This document shows, in pieces, positions 63,801-64,000 of a stretch of DNA of 64,000 nt. Source of the stretch: Gonapodya sp. JEL0774 (Eukaryota); the NCBI GenBank assembly GCA_027604505.1, contig JADIIX010000008.1, forward strand, positions 124,001-188,000, given 5' to 3'. Made by a program: the position numbers and the translations under genes. Each line of letters begins with the position of its first letter. Within the stretch, counting starts at the first letter, position 1. The notes under the pieces were generated by a model that worked only from the letters and a program-made list of their open reading frames with translations, ran no database searches and was not told the origin of the DNA.

Positions 63801-64000
63801 CTTGAGTACCTGCTTTCTTGAGTTGTATAGAAAGAGCTCGTTGCTCATCTTCGTGGATGGAGAGTGCATATTTAGTAAGAATGAGACAATTTTTCTGAAC
63901 AGTAAGTCTCCATCGTACCATCGCCGACAACCATCATTTCGCGCCACGAATGGATGCGCTTTGCATAACTGAAGTCGCCCATGAGATCTCCCTCTGACTG
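60870..64000 (-). CDS. 5'-truncated large protein with long basic disordered middle and C-terminal coiled coil (possibly meiotic axis SYCP2/Red1-like)
   Basis: ORFs 63673-63930, 62174-63751, 61904-62161 and 61146-61895, with short terminal exons ending at TGA 60870-60872. Confidence 0.6.

Overview
Gene-dense, intron-rich eukaryotic nuclear DNA, most likely from a zoosporic early-diverging fungus (chytrid or monoblepharid type). That assignment is an inference from a fungal Zn2Cys6 transcription factor occurring together with centriole-type CEP350-like and CEP76/CC2D2A-like genes. About 24 spliced protein genes can be read by hand. They include a PARL/Pcp1 rhomboid, an App1-like phosphatase, ATP10, GAR1, MRI1, BolA2, REV7, RTT103, RIB7, WS/DGAT, NCA2, NHP2 and RPC19, and there are two identical tRNA-Gln(CUG) genes. 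Four things stand out. (1) A ~1.3 kb ORF-poor, heavily self-complementary segment (about 26.0-27.4 kb) ends in a nested three-way junction, a hairpin, ACA+3 nt and a GTATGT splice donor; it is a candidate long structured ncRNA, possibly telomerase-RNA-like, although no canonical template was found. (2) Both tRNA-Gln copies encode a U1-C72 mismatch. (3) An intron-containing but strongly bacterial-like cyclase-family (kynurenine formamidase-like) gene sits next to a DUF4272-like gene. (4) MRI1 has a frame break, and a GC-rich domain has introns with G-rich 5' and C-rich 3' halves. Gene spans include introns, and family calls come from motif recognition, not database searches.
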